Shown in pieces: positions 1 through 10,481 of a stretch of 64,000 bases of DNA. The stretch covers positions 1,856,001-1,920,000 of the forward strand of contig OZ253462.1 in assembly GCA_965261395.1 (NCBI GenBank), in the 5' to 3' direction. Numbering within the stretch: the stretch's first letter is position 1; every line of letters starts with the position of its first letter. The DNA comes from Candidatus Latescibacterota bacterium. Its GTDB lineage: Bacteria > Latescibacterota > UBA2968 > UBA8231. Below the pieces are notes generated by a model. That model ran no database searches. It had not been told where the DNA came from and saw only the letters and a program-made list of their open reading frames with translations. A program made the position numbers and the translations under genes.

Positions 1-1215
1 TTCCTCTTCGATGCCTAGATCGTCGAGCATCCCGAGCGCGGATCCGAGCATCAGCGGCGGGCCGCACAGGTAATATTCGACGTCTTCAGGGGAGGGATGG
101 TCCTTGAGATAATGGTCGTGCACCACTTGGTGAATAAAGCCCACATAGCCGTCCCAATTGTCCTCTGGCCGCGGCTCGGACATGGCGATGTGGAAGGTGA
201 AGTTGGGAAACTCTTCTTCGATTTTGCGGAAGTGGTCCTCGTAGAAGACCTCGTTGGGATTGCGCGCCCCGTACCAATAGGACACCTTGCGCCCCGTCTT
301 GAGCGTGTGGAAAAGGTGGTATAGATGCGAGCGCAAAGGTGCCATGCCAGCGCCACCGCCGATATAGACCATCTCGCGGTCGGTTTCTTGGATGAAAAAT
401 TCGCCGAAAGGCCCCGAGATCGTCACCATGTCGCCCGGCTTGCGGCTGAACACATACGAAGAGGCGATGCCGGGCGGCACATCCTCCCAGCCACCCTTTT
501 CGCGGTCGGGCGGCGGAGTGGCGATGCGGATGTTGAGCATGATGATGTCGCCCTCGGCCGGGTGATTGGCCATTGAATAAGCGCGGAAGACGGGCTCGGT
601 ATTGACGGCTTTGAAATCCCAGACCTTGAAGCGGTCCCAATCGGGGTGAAAGCGCTCCTCAATACCCTCAAAGTCCTTGAAGTCGCACTCGAAGGACGGC
701 ACTTCGATCTGGATAAAGCCGCCGGGCTGGAAATCCAGCGTTTCGCCCTCGGGGAGCTTGACGATAAATTCCTTTATAAAGGTCGCCACGTTGTCGTTGG
801 AGACGACTTCGCACTCCCACTTCTTGATCGAGAATACTTCGGGTGGCACTTCGATCTTCATGTCTTGCTTGACGTTGACCTGACAGGAGAGCCGCACGCC
901 CTCGCGCGCCTCGCGCTTGGTAATGTGGCCGGTCTCGGAAAGCAAGATATCGCCACCACCCTCGTAGATGTTGACCTTGCACTGGGCGCAGGTGCCGCCG
1001 CCGCCGCAGGCCGAAGATACGAAGACCCTGTTGTCGGCCAGCACGTTGAGCAGCTTGCCTCCGGCTGGAACGGAAAGGGCCTTGCTCTCGTCGTCGTTGA
1101 TGAGGATCCGCACGTTGCCGCTGGGCACCAGCCGGGAGCGCGCGACCAAAATTACGGCCACTAGGGCCAGCACCACGCCCGTGAACATGCCGACGCCGGA
1201 AATAACTTCAGTCAT
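1..1215 (-). CDS. nqrF: Na+-translocating NADH:quinone reductase subunit F (3' end runs off window)
   Basis: Manual translation from ATG 1215: [19 protein letters not shown]...[13 protein letters not shown] (2Fe-2S)...RLSCQV...GFIHQVV...YYLCGPP; last gene of the nqr operon; missing from the ORF track because the stop is outside the window. Confidence 0.95.
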   Translation of the reverse strand, partial: MTEVISGVGMFTGVVLALVAVILVARSRLVPSGNVRILINDDESKALSVPAGGKLLNVLADNRVFVSSACGGGGTCAQCKVNIYEGGGDILLSETGHITKREAREGVRLSCQVNVKQDMKIEVPPEVFSIKKWECEVVSNDNVATFIKEFIVKLPEGETLDFQPGGFIQIEVPSFECDFKDFEGIEERFHPDWDRFKVWDFKAVNTEPVFRAYSMANHPAEGDIIMLNIRIATPPPDREKGGWEDVPPGIASSYVFSRKPGDMVTISGPFGEFFIQETDREMVYIGGGAGMAPLRSHLYHLFHTLKTGRKVSYWYGARNPNEVFYEDHFRKIEEEFPNFTFHIAMSEPRPEDNWDGYVGFIHQVVHDHYLKDHPSPEDVEYYLCGPPLMLGSALGMLDDLGIEEE

Positions 1216-1231
1216 AAAACGCTCTTTTCTC

Positions 1232-1843
1232 TTATAGCTGAATACCGGAAAAGGACATAAAGGCCAACGACATCAGCCCCACCGTAATGAAGGTGATCCC
1301 GAGGCCGCGCAGCCCTGGGGGCACGTCGCTGTATTTCATCTTCTCGCGGATGCCCGCCAGCGCGACGATGGCCAGTGCCCAGCCGAAGCCAGAGCCAAAG
1401 CCAAAAACCACGCTCTCGCCTAAGTTGTAGTCGCGCTCGACCATGAACAGCGAACCGCCCAGAATCGCGCAATTGACGGTAATCAAGGGCAGGAAGATGC
1501 CGAGGGCATTATAGAGGGACGGCACGAACTTGTCGAGAAACATCTCGAGGATCTGCACCATGGCGGCGATGATACCGATGTAGCTAATCAGCCCGACAAA
1601 GGTCAGATCTACCCCACTCAAGCCCGCCCACGCCAGCGCGTCTTCCTTGAGCAGATACTGGTAGATTAGATTGTTGGCTGGGACGGTAACCGTCTGTACC
1701 ACGATTACGGCGATCCCAAGCCCGAACGCCGTCTGCACCTCCTTGGAGACCGCTAGAAAAGTACACATCCCCAAAAAGAAGGCCAGCGCCATGTTCTCGA
1801 CGAACACGGACTTCATAAATATGCTCAGATAGGCTTCGACCAT
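1232..1843 (-). CDS. nqrE: Na+-NQR subunit E
   Basis: [19 protein letters not shown] and [12 protein letters not shown] motifs; operon position. Confidence 0.96.
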   Translation of the reverse strand: MVEAYLSIFMKSVFVENMALAFFLGMCTFLAVSKEVQTAFGLGIAVIVVQTVTVPANNLIYQYLLKEDALAWAGLSGVDLTFVGLISYIGIIAAMVQILEMFLDKFVPSLYNALGIFLPLITVNCAILGGSLFMVERDYNLGESVVFGFGSGFGWALAIVALAGIREKMKYSDVPPGLRGLGITFITVGLMSLAFMSFSGIQL

Positions 1844-1849
1844 GTTCAG

Positions 1850-2473
1850 TTACTCCTTCTCAACCTGCTCGCTCTTCCAGCTTCGGAGCGCCCATATAAA
1901 TAAACCAATGATGAAAAACGCGCTCGGCGGCAAGAGCATCAGGCCGTTGGGCGCGTACCAGCCCCCCTCGGTAGCCAATGCGAACATTTGCGCCCCAAAG
2001 AGCGAACCCGACCCGAATAACTCGCGCAACACGCCGACGACCATCAGAATGACGCTGTAGCCCAAGGCATTGCCCAAGCCGTCGAGAAAGCTCAGCCCAG
2101 GACCGTTCTGCAAGGCGAAAGCCTCGGCTCGCCCCATGATGATGCAGTTGGTAATGATCAGCCCGACGAAGACCGAAAGCTGCTTGCTGATCTCAAAAGC
2201 ATAGGCGCGCAGGAACTGATCGACGACAATGACCAGCGAGGCGATGATCGTCATCTCCACAATAATGCGGATGTTGGCCGGGATGAAGCTGCGAATCAAG
2301 CTGACGGCCACGTTGGAGCAGCAGAGCACGAAAATGACCGCCAAGCACATGGTGACGGTGGTCTCCAACTTGGTCGTCACCGCCAAGGCCGAGCATATAC
2401 CGAGGCTCAGCAAGGCAATGGGATTGGAATCAAAGAGCGGCCCGAAGAGGACGTCTCTTGGTTTGTCAGCCAT
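1850..2473 (-). CDS. nqrD: Na+-NQR subunit D
   Basis: [15 protein letters not shown] and [18 protein letters not shown] motifs. Confidence 0.96.
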   Translation of the reverse strand: MADKPRDVLFGPLFDSNPIALLSLGICSALAVTTKLETTVTMCLAVIFVLCCSNVAVSLIRSFIPANIRIIVEMTIIASLVIVVDQFLRAYAFEISKQLSVFVGLIITNCIIMGRAEAFALQNGPGLSFLDGLGNALGYSVILMVVGVLRELFGSGSLFGAQMFALATEGGWYAPNGLMLLPPSAFFIIGLFIWALRSWKSEQVEKE

Positions 2474-3265
2474 TTAGCTAACTCCTCGTTCTTTGAGCTT
2501 GGCCAGATACGGCCCAAAGGCTTCCGCACCCAACCAGTAGCGCAGCATGTCCCTGACGCCGCGCGAGGTAATGGTGGCACCCGACAGCCCATCGACCTGA
2601 TACTGGGCTTCGGGCCGTCCCTGAACGACCTTGCCCCTGATCACTTCGATGCGCACTGCGCCGCTTTCGTCGAAGGCCTTTTTGCCGTCCCAGAGGGCCT
2701 TCCAGCTAGGGTTATCAACCTCGCCCCCCAAACCCGGCGTCTCGGCGTGTTCGTAGTACACCAGCCCGCGGATGGTATTGAGATCCTTGGCATCGAGGGC
2801 CACAAATCCATAGAGCGTGGACCACAGTCCTAAGCCGTGGACGGGCAGGATGACCTTTTTGATCTTGTCCTTCTGCGAGACCAAGTACACCGAGGCATGA
2901 AGCGCGCGGCGCCTGACGTTGGCGATATCCACAGCGGTCGGTACCACCGCGTTCTGCGCCGGATCTTTGGCCGCCTGCCGCTGGTCGTAGGCGACCGGGT
3001 CCACGCCATCGACGTATTCGCCGGTCGCCAAATCGACGACGCGGGGATTTATATTTTGGTACAACTCCCCGACGCGCTCGCCGCTGGCGACCTCGCCGGA
3101 CTTCAGCAGGCCGGCGGCCATTAGGATATTGCGCTTCTTGTCGAGCGCCTTGTTGACCGCTTGGGTCGGCCGCAGCGACACTGCCGCCGCCGATACCAGC
3201 ACCGAGCAGACGAGGCAGACGCCGAGCGCCACGCCGAATGTTCTACCTACTGAATCGTTAGCCAC
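2474..3265 (-). CDS. nqrC: Na+-NQR subunit C
   Basis: N-terminal TM, GLWSTLYG, HAETPGLGGEV, FMN-binding SGAT(T) motif. Confidence 0.96.
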   Translation of the reverse strand: MANDSVGRTFGVALGVCLVCSVLVSAAAVSLRPTQAVNKALDKKRNILMAAGLLKSGEVASGERVGELYQNINPRVVDLATGEYVDGVDPVAYDQRQAAKDPAQNAVVPTAVDIANVRRRALHASVYLVSQKDKIKKVILPVHGLGLWSTLYGFVALDAKDLNTIRGLVYYEHAETPGLGGEVDNPSWKALWDGKKAFDESGAVRIEVIRGKVVQGRPEAQYQVDGLSGATITSRGVRDMLRYWLGAEAFGPYLAKLKERGVS

Positions 3266-3279
3266 TTTGTCTATCTCTC

Positions 3280-4497
3280 CTAAGAGCTGACAGCGGTGCG
3301 GGCCAGCCTGCGCTTGATGTTGGCTTGCATTGCCACGTGGTCAATCACGGGTGCGAAGACATTGCCAAAGAGAATGGCCAGCATTACGCCTTCGGGGAAG
3401 GCCGGGTTGATCACGCGGATCAGCACGGTCATAAAGCCTATGAGCGCCCCATACGCCCACCGCCCGGTCGGGGTCATCGACGCCGACACCGGGTCCGTCG
3501 CCATATAGACGCAGCCAAAGGCATATCCGCCCAGCACCAAATGCCAACTCGCGTCCATCTCGAACATCGGGTTAGTATCGCTGCCAATCGCGTGCAGCAA
3601 CTCGGCGCAGACGACCGTGGCCGCCGTCATGCTGACGATGATTTGCCAAGAGCCGACCCTAGTCGCTATGAGGATGGCTGCGCCGATCAAGCAAGCTAGG
3701 GTCGATGTTTCTCCCATGGACCCGGGGATTGCGCCCAAGAAGGCCTGCATCCAAGTCACCGAGCTGGTAAAGGCTGCCATGCCGTCGGCGGCAGCAGCCC
3801 CCAACGGGGTAGCGTGCGTAAAACCGTCGGCGGCGACCCAGACCGCGTCGCCGGTGATCTCGGCCGGATAGGCAAAATAGAGAAAGGCCCGCCCGGTCAG
3901 CGCTGGATTGAGGAAATTTTTGCCGGTGCCACCAAAGACCTCTTTGCCCAGTACCACGCCGAAACTGATGCCGATGGCCACCTGCCACAGGGGGATCGTC
4001 GGCGGCAGGGTCAGGGGAAAAAGCATGCCCGTCACCAAGAAGCCTTCGTTGATCTCGTGCTTGCGAACCATCGCGAAAAGCCCCTCCCACAGACCGCCCA
4101 CCATATTGCACACCAAAAAGACTGGAAAAAAATAGAGGAAGCCGTGGAATATATTGGCCAGCGGGTTATGGGGGTTGTAGCCGATGCCGAGGATATCGAT
4201 GATTATCCCGCGCCATTCGCCCGTCGTGGCGGCCTCCATTTGCTGCATGGCCAGATTGATCTGATAGCCGGTGTTCCACATGGCCATGAAGATACAGGGC
4301 ACTAGCGCGGCGACGACCGTAACCATCGTGCGCTTGAGGTCTATGCCGTCGCGCACATGCGTCGGCCCCTCAGTGACGCGGCCGGGCGTATATAAAAATG
4401 TATCGGCTGCCTCGTATAGGGCATAGAGCTTTTCCAGCCGCCCCCCTTTGTGGAAAAGGGGCTCGGCTTGGTCGAGCAGATCTCGCAAAACCTTCAT
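3280..4497 (-). CDS. nqrB: Na+-NQR subunit B
   Basis: [34 protein letters not shown] (FMN Thr), MATDPVSA. Confidence 0.96.
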   Translation of the reverse strand: MKVLRDLLDQAEPLFHKGGRLEKLYALYEAADTFLYTPGRVTEGPTHVRDGIDLKRTMVTVVAALVPCIFMAMWNTGYQINLAMQQMEAATTGEWRGIIIDILGIGYNPHNPLANIFHGFLYFFPVFLVCNMVGGLWEGLFAMVRKHEINEGFLVTGMLFPLTLPPTIPLWQVAIGISFGVVLGKEVFGGTGKNFLNPALTGRAFLYFAYPAEITGDAVWVAADGFTHATPLGAAAADGMAAFTSSVTWMQAFLGAIPGSMGETSTLACLIGAAILIATRVGSWQIIVSMTAATVVCAELLHAIGSDTNPMFEMDASWHLVLGGYAFGCVYMATDPVSASMTPTGRWAYGALIGFMTVLIRVINPAFPEGVMLAILFGNVFAPVIDHVAMQANIKRRLARTAVSS

Positions 4498-4506
4498 TGA
4501 ATGCGC

Positions 4507-5853
4507 CTATCCTTCTCTTTCAATTCTCGCCAAAATTTGCCGCAGGATGGGTCCGTATTCGTACTTGCCGGGGCACGCGAAAGTACACAGCCCCAAGTCC
4601 TCCTCGTCCAACTCCAGACAGCCAAGAGCTTGGGCGCGGTCCGTATCCTCGACGATGAGGGCGCGGAGGAGTAGGGTCGCGAGGATGTCCAGCGGCATCA
4701 CCTGCTCGTACGAGCCGATCGGCACCATGGCTCGGTCGCTGCCCTCGGTCGAGGTGGTAAAGTCGAAAAGCTGGCTGGGCAGCAGCTTAGAGGCAAAGAC
4801 ATTCTTGATGGAAAACTTATCGACGCCCGGTTTCTGCCACCCCAGAAACTCGCGCTCGCGGCCCTCGGCTAGCATCGAGACCTGCGCGTGGTAGCGACCG
4901 AGAAAGTCCAAGGGGCCGGACGCGACCCGACCCGCCAGCACCGGCCCAGCAATGACCCGATTCTCACCCGGCTTGAGCTGGCCCGCCGTCAGCTCGCTTA
5001 GGCAGGCTCCTTGGCGGGTACGCAACAGGCGCGGCTGCTCCACTTGGGGGCCGCCCAAGGCCACGACGCGCTCGGTCCACAACGAGCCGGTGGCAAAGAG
5101 CTTACCGCAGGCCACTACGTCTTGGTAGCCAATGTACCAGACGGTCTTGCCCGCCCCGACCGGATCGAGAAAGTGGATGTGGGTGCCGGGCAACCCCGCG
5201 GGATGCGGACCGACAAATTCGACGACCTGGGCACCATCGGCCGAAATGCTGGCACCGGGAGCCTTGCACACATAGACCGGCCCGTCGGTGAGCTTACCCA
5301 ATATGGTCAAACCCCGAGCAAAGTCGTCTTCGTGCCCGCGGAGCACAACTTGGGGATCGGCCGCGAGGGGATTGGTGTCCATCGCGGTGACGAAAAGCGA
5401 GTGCGGCGTGCTATCGGGCACGGGCACTCTGCTGTAGGGTCGCGTGCGCAGCGCAGGCCAGAGGCCGGACGCCACCAAGGTTTCGCTCACCTGCTGGCGG
5501 CTTAGCTGGTCAGGTGCCGTTCGCGTGTGCTGCGCAAAGCGCTCTTCCTCATCTCCGGCGACCTCAATGACGACCGAGAGCAAGGTGCGTTTGGCACCGC
5601 GGTGGACGCCGGTCACTTTACCGCTCGCCGGCGACGTATAGCGCACGCCCGGGGTCCTCTTGTCCTCGAAGAGCAACTGGCCCTTTTTGACCGAATCGCC
5701 CTCGCTTACGGCCATCGTCGGCCGCAAATCAATCGAGTCCGGCCCCAAGACGGCCACCTGCTCAATCGCCGGACCGTCTTCGATTACTTGCTCCGGCGCA
5801 CCAGCAATGGGCAGGTCCAACCCTTTTTTTATTACAATTTTACTACTGGCCAT
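4507..5853 (-). CDS. nqrA: Na+-NQR subunit A
   Basis: [50 protein letters not shown]; start placed at MASSK (track extends to 5880). Confidence 0.95.
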   Translation of the reverse strand: MASSKIVIKKGLDLPIAGAPEQVIEDGPAIEQVAVLGPDSIDLRPTMAVSEGDSVKKGQLLFEDKRTPGVRYTSPASGKVTGVHRGAKRTLLSVVIEVAGDEEERFAQHTRTAPDQLSRQQVSETLVASGLWPALRTRPYSRVPVPDSTPHSLFVTAMDTNPLAADPQVVLRGHEDDFARGLTILGKLTDGPVYVCKAPGASISADGAQVVEFVGPHPAGLPGTHIHFLDPVGAGKTVWYIGYQDVVACGKLFATGSLWTERVVALGGPQVEQPRLLRTRQGACLSELTAGQLKPGENRVIAGPVLAGRVASGPLDFLGRYHAQVSMLAEGREREFLGWQKPGVDKFSIKNVFASKLLPSQLFDFTTSTEGSDRAMVPIGSYEQVMPLDILATLLLRALIVEDTDRAQALGCLELDEEDLGLCTFACPGKYEYGPILRQILARIEREG

Positions 5854-5892
5854 TATGCGCGCTGCGCGATCCCCTTTCAAAAGTGAACGCCA

Positions 5893-5912
5893 CTAAAACT
5901 GGCCAGTTTTAG
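5893..5912. promoter_or_regulatory. Perfect 20-bp palindrome CTAAAACTGGCCAGTTTTAG in the nqrA/bioB divergent intergenic region (candidate operator)
   Basis: Exact self-complementary sequence about 40 bp upstream of the nqrA start. Confidence 0.4.
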
Positions 5913-6166
5913 CCAGCCAGCCCCACTTCGCCGCCGAAGAGTAGCCAAGGTTTTAGCATCTCGCAATCGGCCAGACATCAAAGCGCGGGCGCGCTGTCCA
6001 GCCTGCTCACCTTCCCCTCCCGCAAACAGCCTAAAAATAAAAGCCAAGAAACGCGATGGAGCAAGCCATTTGCGCGGCAGTCGTGGGCCGGCCCTCTCGC
6101 CGAACTTGCCAAGCCGGGTGAAACCTCGGATTTTAGACGCTCATCCACCAAACTGATCGAGGATTT

Positions 6167-7171
6167 ATGAACCTGAATGCGCCCGCAACGCGCGAGGAAA
6201 TCGCCGCCCTCTACCAAAATCCCATACTCGACCTCGTGTATCGCGCCGCGACCGTCCATCGAGCACACCACGATCCACGGCAAGTACAGGTCTGCACTCT
6301 GCTTTCGATCAAGACCGGTGGCTGTCCTGAAAATTGCAGCTATTGCTCGCAGTCGGCCCACTTCGATACGGGCCTCGAACGCCAAGACCTGCTGTCGCTA
6401 GACGCCGTGCGCGAAGCCGCTGAGCGCGCCGCGGCCGCTGGTAGCACGCGCTTCTGCATGGGCGCGGCCTGGCGTCAAGTCCGCGATGGCGTGGAGTTCG
6501 ACCGCGTATTGGACATGGTGCGCACGGTCGCTGCCACCGGCATGGAAGTCTGCTGCACGTTGGGCATGCTCAGCGCCGACCAAGCCCAGCGGCTGCGGGA
6601 AGCCGGCCTCCACGCGTACAACCACAACTTGGACACCGGGGAAAACTACTACCCCGAAATCGTCTCCACCCGCACCTATCGCGACCGCATCGAGACCCTA
6701 GGCCACGTCGGTCGTGCCGGGATTTCGGTCTGCTGCGGCGGCATCTTGGGCATGGGCGAAAGCGACGAAGACCGCATCGATTTGCTCTGCGCGCTCTTGC
6801 AACTACCAAAGCCGCCGGAATCCATACCGGTCAACGCCCTAGTACCTATCGCCGGGACGCCGCTCGGAGACCGCGAAAAGGTGACCGCGTGGGAACTCGT
6901 CCGCATGATCGCCTGCGCCCGCATCCTCTTTCCCACGGCCACGGTGCGCCTCTCGGCTGGCCGCGACCAGCTCTCGACAGCCGAACAAGCTCTGTGCTTT
7001 TTGGCCGGGGCCAATTCCATCTTCTCGGGCGACCGCCTGTTGACTACGCCCCACCCCGGCACCGACGCCGACCAAGCCCTCTTCGACCTGCTCGACCTAG
7101 AGGCGCGGCCGCCGCAAGAGCCTTCAGAGCGCGTCGATCAGCTCGCAGAAGCAGTCGTAGATCGAGGCTAG
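6167..7171 (+). CDS. bioB: Biotin synthase (radical SAM)
   Basis: LLSIKTGGCPENCSYCSQSAH (CxxxCxxC), YNHNLDT, PESIPVN, VRLSAGR. Confidence 0.97.
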   Translation: MNLNAPATREEIAALYQNPILDLVYRAATVHRAHHDPRQVQVCTLLSIKTGGCPENCSYCSQSAHFDTGLERQDLLSLDAVREAAERAAAAGSTRFCMGAAWRQVRDGVEFDRVLDMVRTVAATGMEVCCTLGMLSADQAQRLREAGLHAYNHNLDTGENYYPEIVSTRTYRDRIETLGHVGRAGISVCCGGILGMGESDEDRIDLLCALLQLPKPPESIPVNALVPIAGTPLGDREKVTAWELVRMIACARILFPTATVRLSAGRDQLSTAEQALCFLAGANSIFSGDRLLTTPHPGTDADQALFDLLDLEARPPQEPSERVDQLAEAVVDRG

Positions 7172-8410
7172 CTGCGACCGCTCAATGCAGTAGGGCGGCA
7201 GCACGTACACGCTATTGCCCAGTGGCCGCAACAGGAATCCCCGCGCCAAAAAGCGCTCTCTCAGCAGCGGTCCTACCTCGTGCAGGTATCCTTCCTCGAC
7301 CTCGACTACCACGTCCGCAGCCACAATCGTACCGCACACCCGCACCCGCTTGAGCCGCGGGTGGCTGCACAGACGCACCACTTCCTCGCGCTGCCAATCC
7401 GCTAGACGGCGGAAGCGCTTGCCAGCGAGCAGATCCAGCGAGGCCAGCGCGGCCGCGCATCCCAAGGGATTGGCCGTATAGGAGTGCCCGTGATAGAAGG
7501 CTTTAGCGGGGTCGTCGTGATAGAAAGCCGAGAACACCCGCTCGCTGCAAACGGTGGCCGCCATGGGCAAAAAGCCGCCGGTCAGTCCCTTGGCCAAGCA
7601 GATGATATCGGGTTGGGTCGCGGCTTTCTCACAGGCGAAGAGCGCCCCAGTGCGCCCAAATCCGGTTAGCACCTCGTCGTAGATGGCCAACACGTCGCAT
7701 TGGCGCAACAGCGCCTGTACGGCCACGAGAAAATGCGGGCGGCACATCCGCATGCCCCCAGCGCCCTGCACCAGCGGCTCGAGTATCATGGCCGCGTACT
7801 GGCTAGGATGGCGTGCCAACAGCTCCTCCAGCCGCGCGAGTGCCCGCGCCTCTTTGGCCTCTATCTCCCCATCGCCTTCCCAAGTGGCCGGGAAGGGCAC
7901 GGCGTCGGCCGGAAAAAGCAAGTCGGCAAAAGGGCGCGTAAAAAGCGAGCGCTCCCCCACCGACATTGCCCCGAGCGTATCGCCGTGATAGGCCCCTTCC
8001 AAGCGCAGAAAGCGCGTGCGATTGCGCTCTCCCTGGTTGTGCCAAAACTGATAGGCCAGCTTGAGCGCAACCTCCACGGCCGTCGAGCCATCGTCCGAGT
8101 AGAAGAGCCACCTTAAAGGCGCGGGCAAGGCATCTGCCAGCCGTCGGGCCAACTCTTCGGCGGGGCGATGGGTAAACCCAGCCGCTATTACCTGTTCCAA
8201 CTCTTTGGCTTGTTTAGCCACAGCCGCGGCGATTTCGGGCTGACCGTGGCCGTGCAAGGTCACCCACCAACTCGAAATGCAGTCGAGGATCTGCCGCCCA
8301 TCCTCCAGCTCTAGCACCGCCCCGCGGCCAGCGCGCACCTGCTGCACTGGCCGCGCCGCCTTCATCTGGGTAAAAGGCGACCATACGTGGGAAGAAGCGT
8401 GCTCAGTCAT
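7124..8410 (-). CDS. bioA: Adenosylmethionine-8-amino-7-oxononanoate transaminase
   Basis: HVWSPFTQM, ISSWWVTLHGH, YSDDGSTAVEVALK, DEVLTGFGRTG, HGHSYTANP. Confidence 0.95.
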   Translation of the reverse strand: MTEHASSHVWSPFTQMKAARPVQQVRAGRGAVLELEDGRQILDCISSWWVTLHGHGQPEIAAAVAKQAKELEQVIAAGFTHRPAEELARRLADALPAPLRWLFYSDDGSTAVEVALKLAYQFWHNQGERNRTRFLRLEGAYHGDTLGAMSVGERSLFTRPFADLLFPADAVPFPATWEGDGEIEAKEARALARLEELLARHPSQYAAMILEPLVQGAGGMRMCRPHFLVAVQALLRQCDVLAIYDEVLTGFGRTGALFACEKAATQPDIICLAKGLTGGFLPMAATVCSERVFSAFYHDDPAKAFYHGHSYTANPLGCAAALASLDLLAGKRFRRLADWQREEVVRLCSHPRLKRVRVCGTIVAADVVVEVEEGYLHEVGPLLRERFLARGFLLRPLGNSVYVLPPYCIERSQLASIYDCFCELIDAL

Positions 8411-9026
8411 GGCGGCCAAAATAGCGAGCAAAAAGCGCCCGGACCTTGGCGGGCGACAGCTCTATCCGGCGGTCAATTGCGGCCAGCACCGGCACCTGTC
8501 CGTAGTGGGCAATAGCTCGGCAGTTGGCTGGGTTGGGGGAGCCGTTGACCACCACGCCCAAAAGCGGGCAACCGCGACGGCGCAATTGGTCTAGCGTCAA
8601 TAGGGTGTGATTAATGGTACCCAATTCGCTGCGCGCTACCACCAGCACCGGCAAAGCCAGATTGACCATCAGATCGACCATCAAGTGCCGGTCATCGAGC
8701 GGCACCATAACCCCGCCAGCCCCTTCGACGATCAAGCGCTTCCGCTTGGGCAGCGCAAAGCGGCTCATCTCTATCTGTATGCCCTCGCACCGGGCCGCCT
8801 CGTGCGGCGACAGGGGAGCGCGCAAGCGATAGGTCTCCGGCAGGACGCGCTCGTCCGGTAGGCCAGCGACGCGACGCACCCAATCGGCGTCCGCATCGGC
8901 CCCGCTTTGCACGGGCTTCCAATAGGCGGCCTCCAGCCCCGCGGCCAGCAGAGCCGCGACATAGGACTTGCCGACGCCCGTATCCGTGCCGGTGACGAAC
9001 AAGCGCGCGGGAAGCTTAGCCGCCAC
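8403..9026 (-). CDS. bioD: Dethiobiotin synthase
   Basis: FVTGTDTGVGKS, YWKPVQSG, VEGAGG, LGTINHTLL; GTG start at 9026 inferred. Confidence 0.95.
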   Translation of the reverse strand: MAAKLPARLFVTGTDTGVGKSYVAALLAAGLEAAYWKPVQSGADADADWVRRVAGLPDERVLPETYRLRAPLSPHEAARCEGIQIEMSRFALPKRKRLIVEGAGGVMVPLDDRHLMVDLMVNLALPVLVVARSELGTINHTLLTLDQLRRRGCPLLGVVVNGSPNPANCRAIAHYGQVPVLAAIDRRIELSPAKVRALFARYFGRHD

Positions 9027-9822
9027 AATCCCCCGCTTTCTCGACAGATAGATAATGAATAGCGCACGTGACCTCCACGCCGTTGGGGCAGTCGCGATCC
9101 CAGCCGCGCAGGAACCGACGCAATTGCGCTGGGCCGAGGGCACTCAGCCTCGCCGACGTGTGGGCACCCGTGCGCTTGAGGTGGCGCAAAAAGGCATGCG
9201 CAGTCTGAAAGCGCAGCGCGATCACCTGTTCCCATTGGCGCACTGCGACCGGCTCGGCGGCGAATACGCGGGCGACAGACGCTACGTCGGGCAAGGCGTT
9301 GGCGCTGCAGGGCACGCCTTGGCGCGCACATTGGCGGTGCCATTCGGCGTATGAACCCGCCCCCGGATAGCAGCAGAGCAATCGCCCGCCGGGTTTGAGC
9401 GCGGCCAGTAGCTGCTGTAGGCCCGCGTGCAAATCGGCGAACCAGTGCACCACAAAGCTGGCGCAGATCAAGGCGTAGCATCCCTCGCTTGCTAGCTGCT
9501 CCCCGTCCAAGACCCGATAGCAGATGTCTGGATGGGCGGTCTCAGCGGCCATTTTTTGCCGACAATGCGCGACCATGGCCGGCGCAAGGTCGGTCAACTC
9601 CAAGCGACGCTCTGGGAAGAGCGCGGCCAAGGACGCGCTCAAAAAGCCCGTACCGCAACCGATTTCAAGCACCGGGCCTTCCACTAGATTCCCAGCGCAT
9701 TCGACGGCGCATTCGGCCAAAGTAGCAGCACCAACACACTGCTCCTCAGCGTAGCAGTCGTACGTCGGGGCGCTGCGGGAGAAATTCTCGACGACGCGCG
9801 CTTTGAAACTCGCTTCCGTCAT
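9016..9822 (-). CDS. bioC: Malonyl-ACP O-methyltransferase
   Basis: FSRSAPTYD, VLEIGCGTG SAM motif; bio operon context. Confidence 0.88.
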   Translation of the reverse strand: MTEASFKARVVENFSRSAPTYDCYAEEQCVGAATLAECAVECAGNLVEGPVLEIGCGTGFLSASLAALFPERRLELTDLAPAMVAHCRQKMAAETAHPDICYRVLDGEQLASEGCYALICASFVVHWFADLHAGLQQLLAALKPGGRLLCCYPGAGSYAEWHRQCARQGVPCSANALPDVASVARVFAAEPVAVRQWEQVIALRFQTAHAFLRHLKRTGAHTSARLSALGPAQLRRFLRGWDRDCPNGVEVTCAIHYLSVEKAGDCGG

Positions 9823-10481
9823 ACAGGATGCATCCCGCGCCAAGCCCGTTCAACCCGTTCCCAACACGCGCGGACATGCGTCAGGGGCAGCGCGTGACCC
9901 GCCTCCGCGACGATGGCAAGCGCGCTGTTAGGCAGTAGCTCGCATAGCTCCTCAGCCCGCTCCATCGGCACCACGCGGTCGCGGCTGCCGTGCAAAATGA
10001 GCACCTGTGCTGCCGCCGGTATCGCGCTTAGTTCCAGCACGCTCTCCTGCAACAGTTGCAAATCGCGGCGCAGGCTGTCGACGTCAATGGCCCCGGGCCA
10101 GCGGCTGTCTGGCGGCGCGCCACAACGGGCATAAAAATCGGTCAACAAGGCCGCTGGCTCGCTCTCTAAGCGCGCGAGCATCTGCTCTACCGTGCGGCGC
10201 GAGCGCCGGGCCTGGCGGTCGCACGGCGAGTGAAAGCTGTGAAAGCCGCTGATGACCACGATCAACTCCGCCGCTGCACATAGCTGCGGCGACAACAGGT
10301 GCAAGCTGAGGGAGTGCGCCAAGACAATGCGCGGCTGAGCCGCGACCACCACGGCTGGGCCAAAATACCCTCGGTCTGGACAGTGCAGCACAAAGCCAGC
10401 GGGTAAAACATCTCGCCAGCGTTCCCAACACCAAGCGCCAAAGCCCCACCCGTGTTGGGCGACCACGTCAACGCCGGCCAT
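9819..10481 (-). CDS. Alpha/beta hydrolase, pimeloyl-ACP methyl ester esterase (BioK/BioH-like)
   Basis: HGWG, DRGYFG, AHSLS nucleophile elbow, HGSRDRVV, AGHALP; sits between bioF and bioC. Confidence 0.8.
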   Translation of the reverse strand: MAGVDVVAQHGWGFGAWCWERWRDVLPAGFVLHCPDRGYFGPAVVVAAQPRIVLAHSLSLHLLSPQLCAAAELIVVISGFHSFHSPCDRQARRSRRTVEQMLARLESEPAALLTDFYARCGAPPDSRWPGAIDVDSLRRDLQLLQESVLELSAIPAAAQVLILHGSRDRVVPMERAEELCELLPNSALAIVAEAGHALPLTHVRACWERVERAWRGMHPV

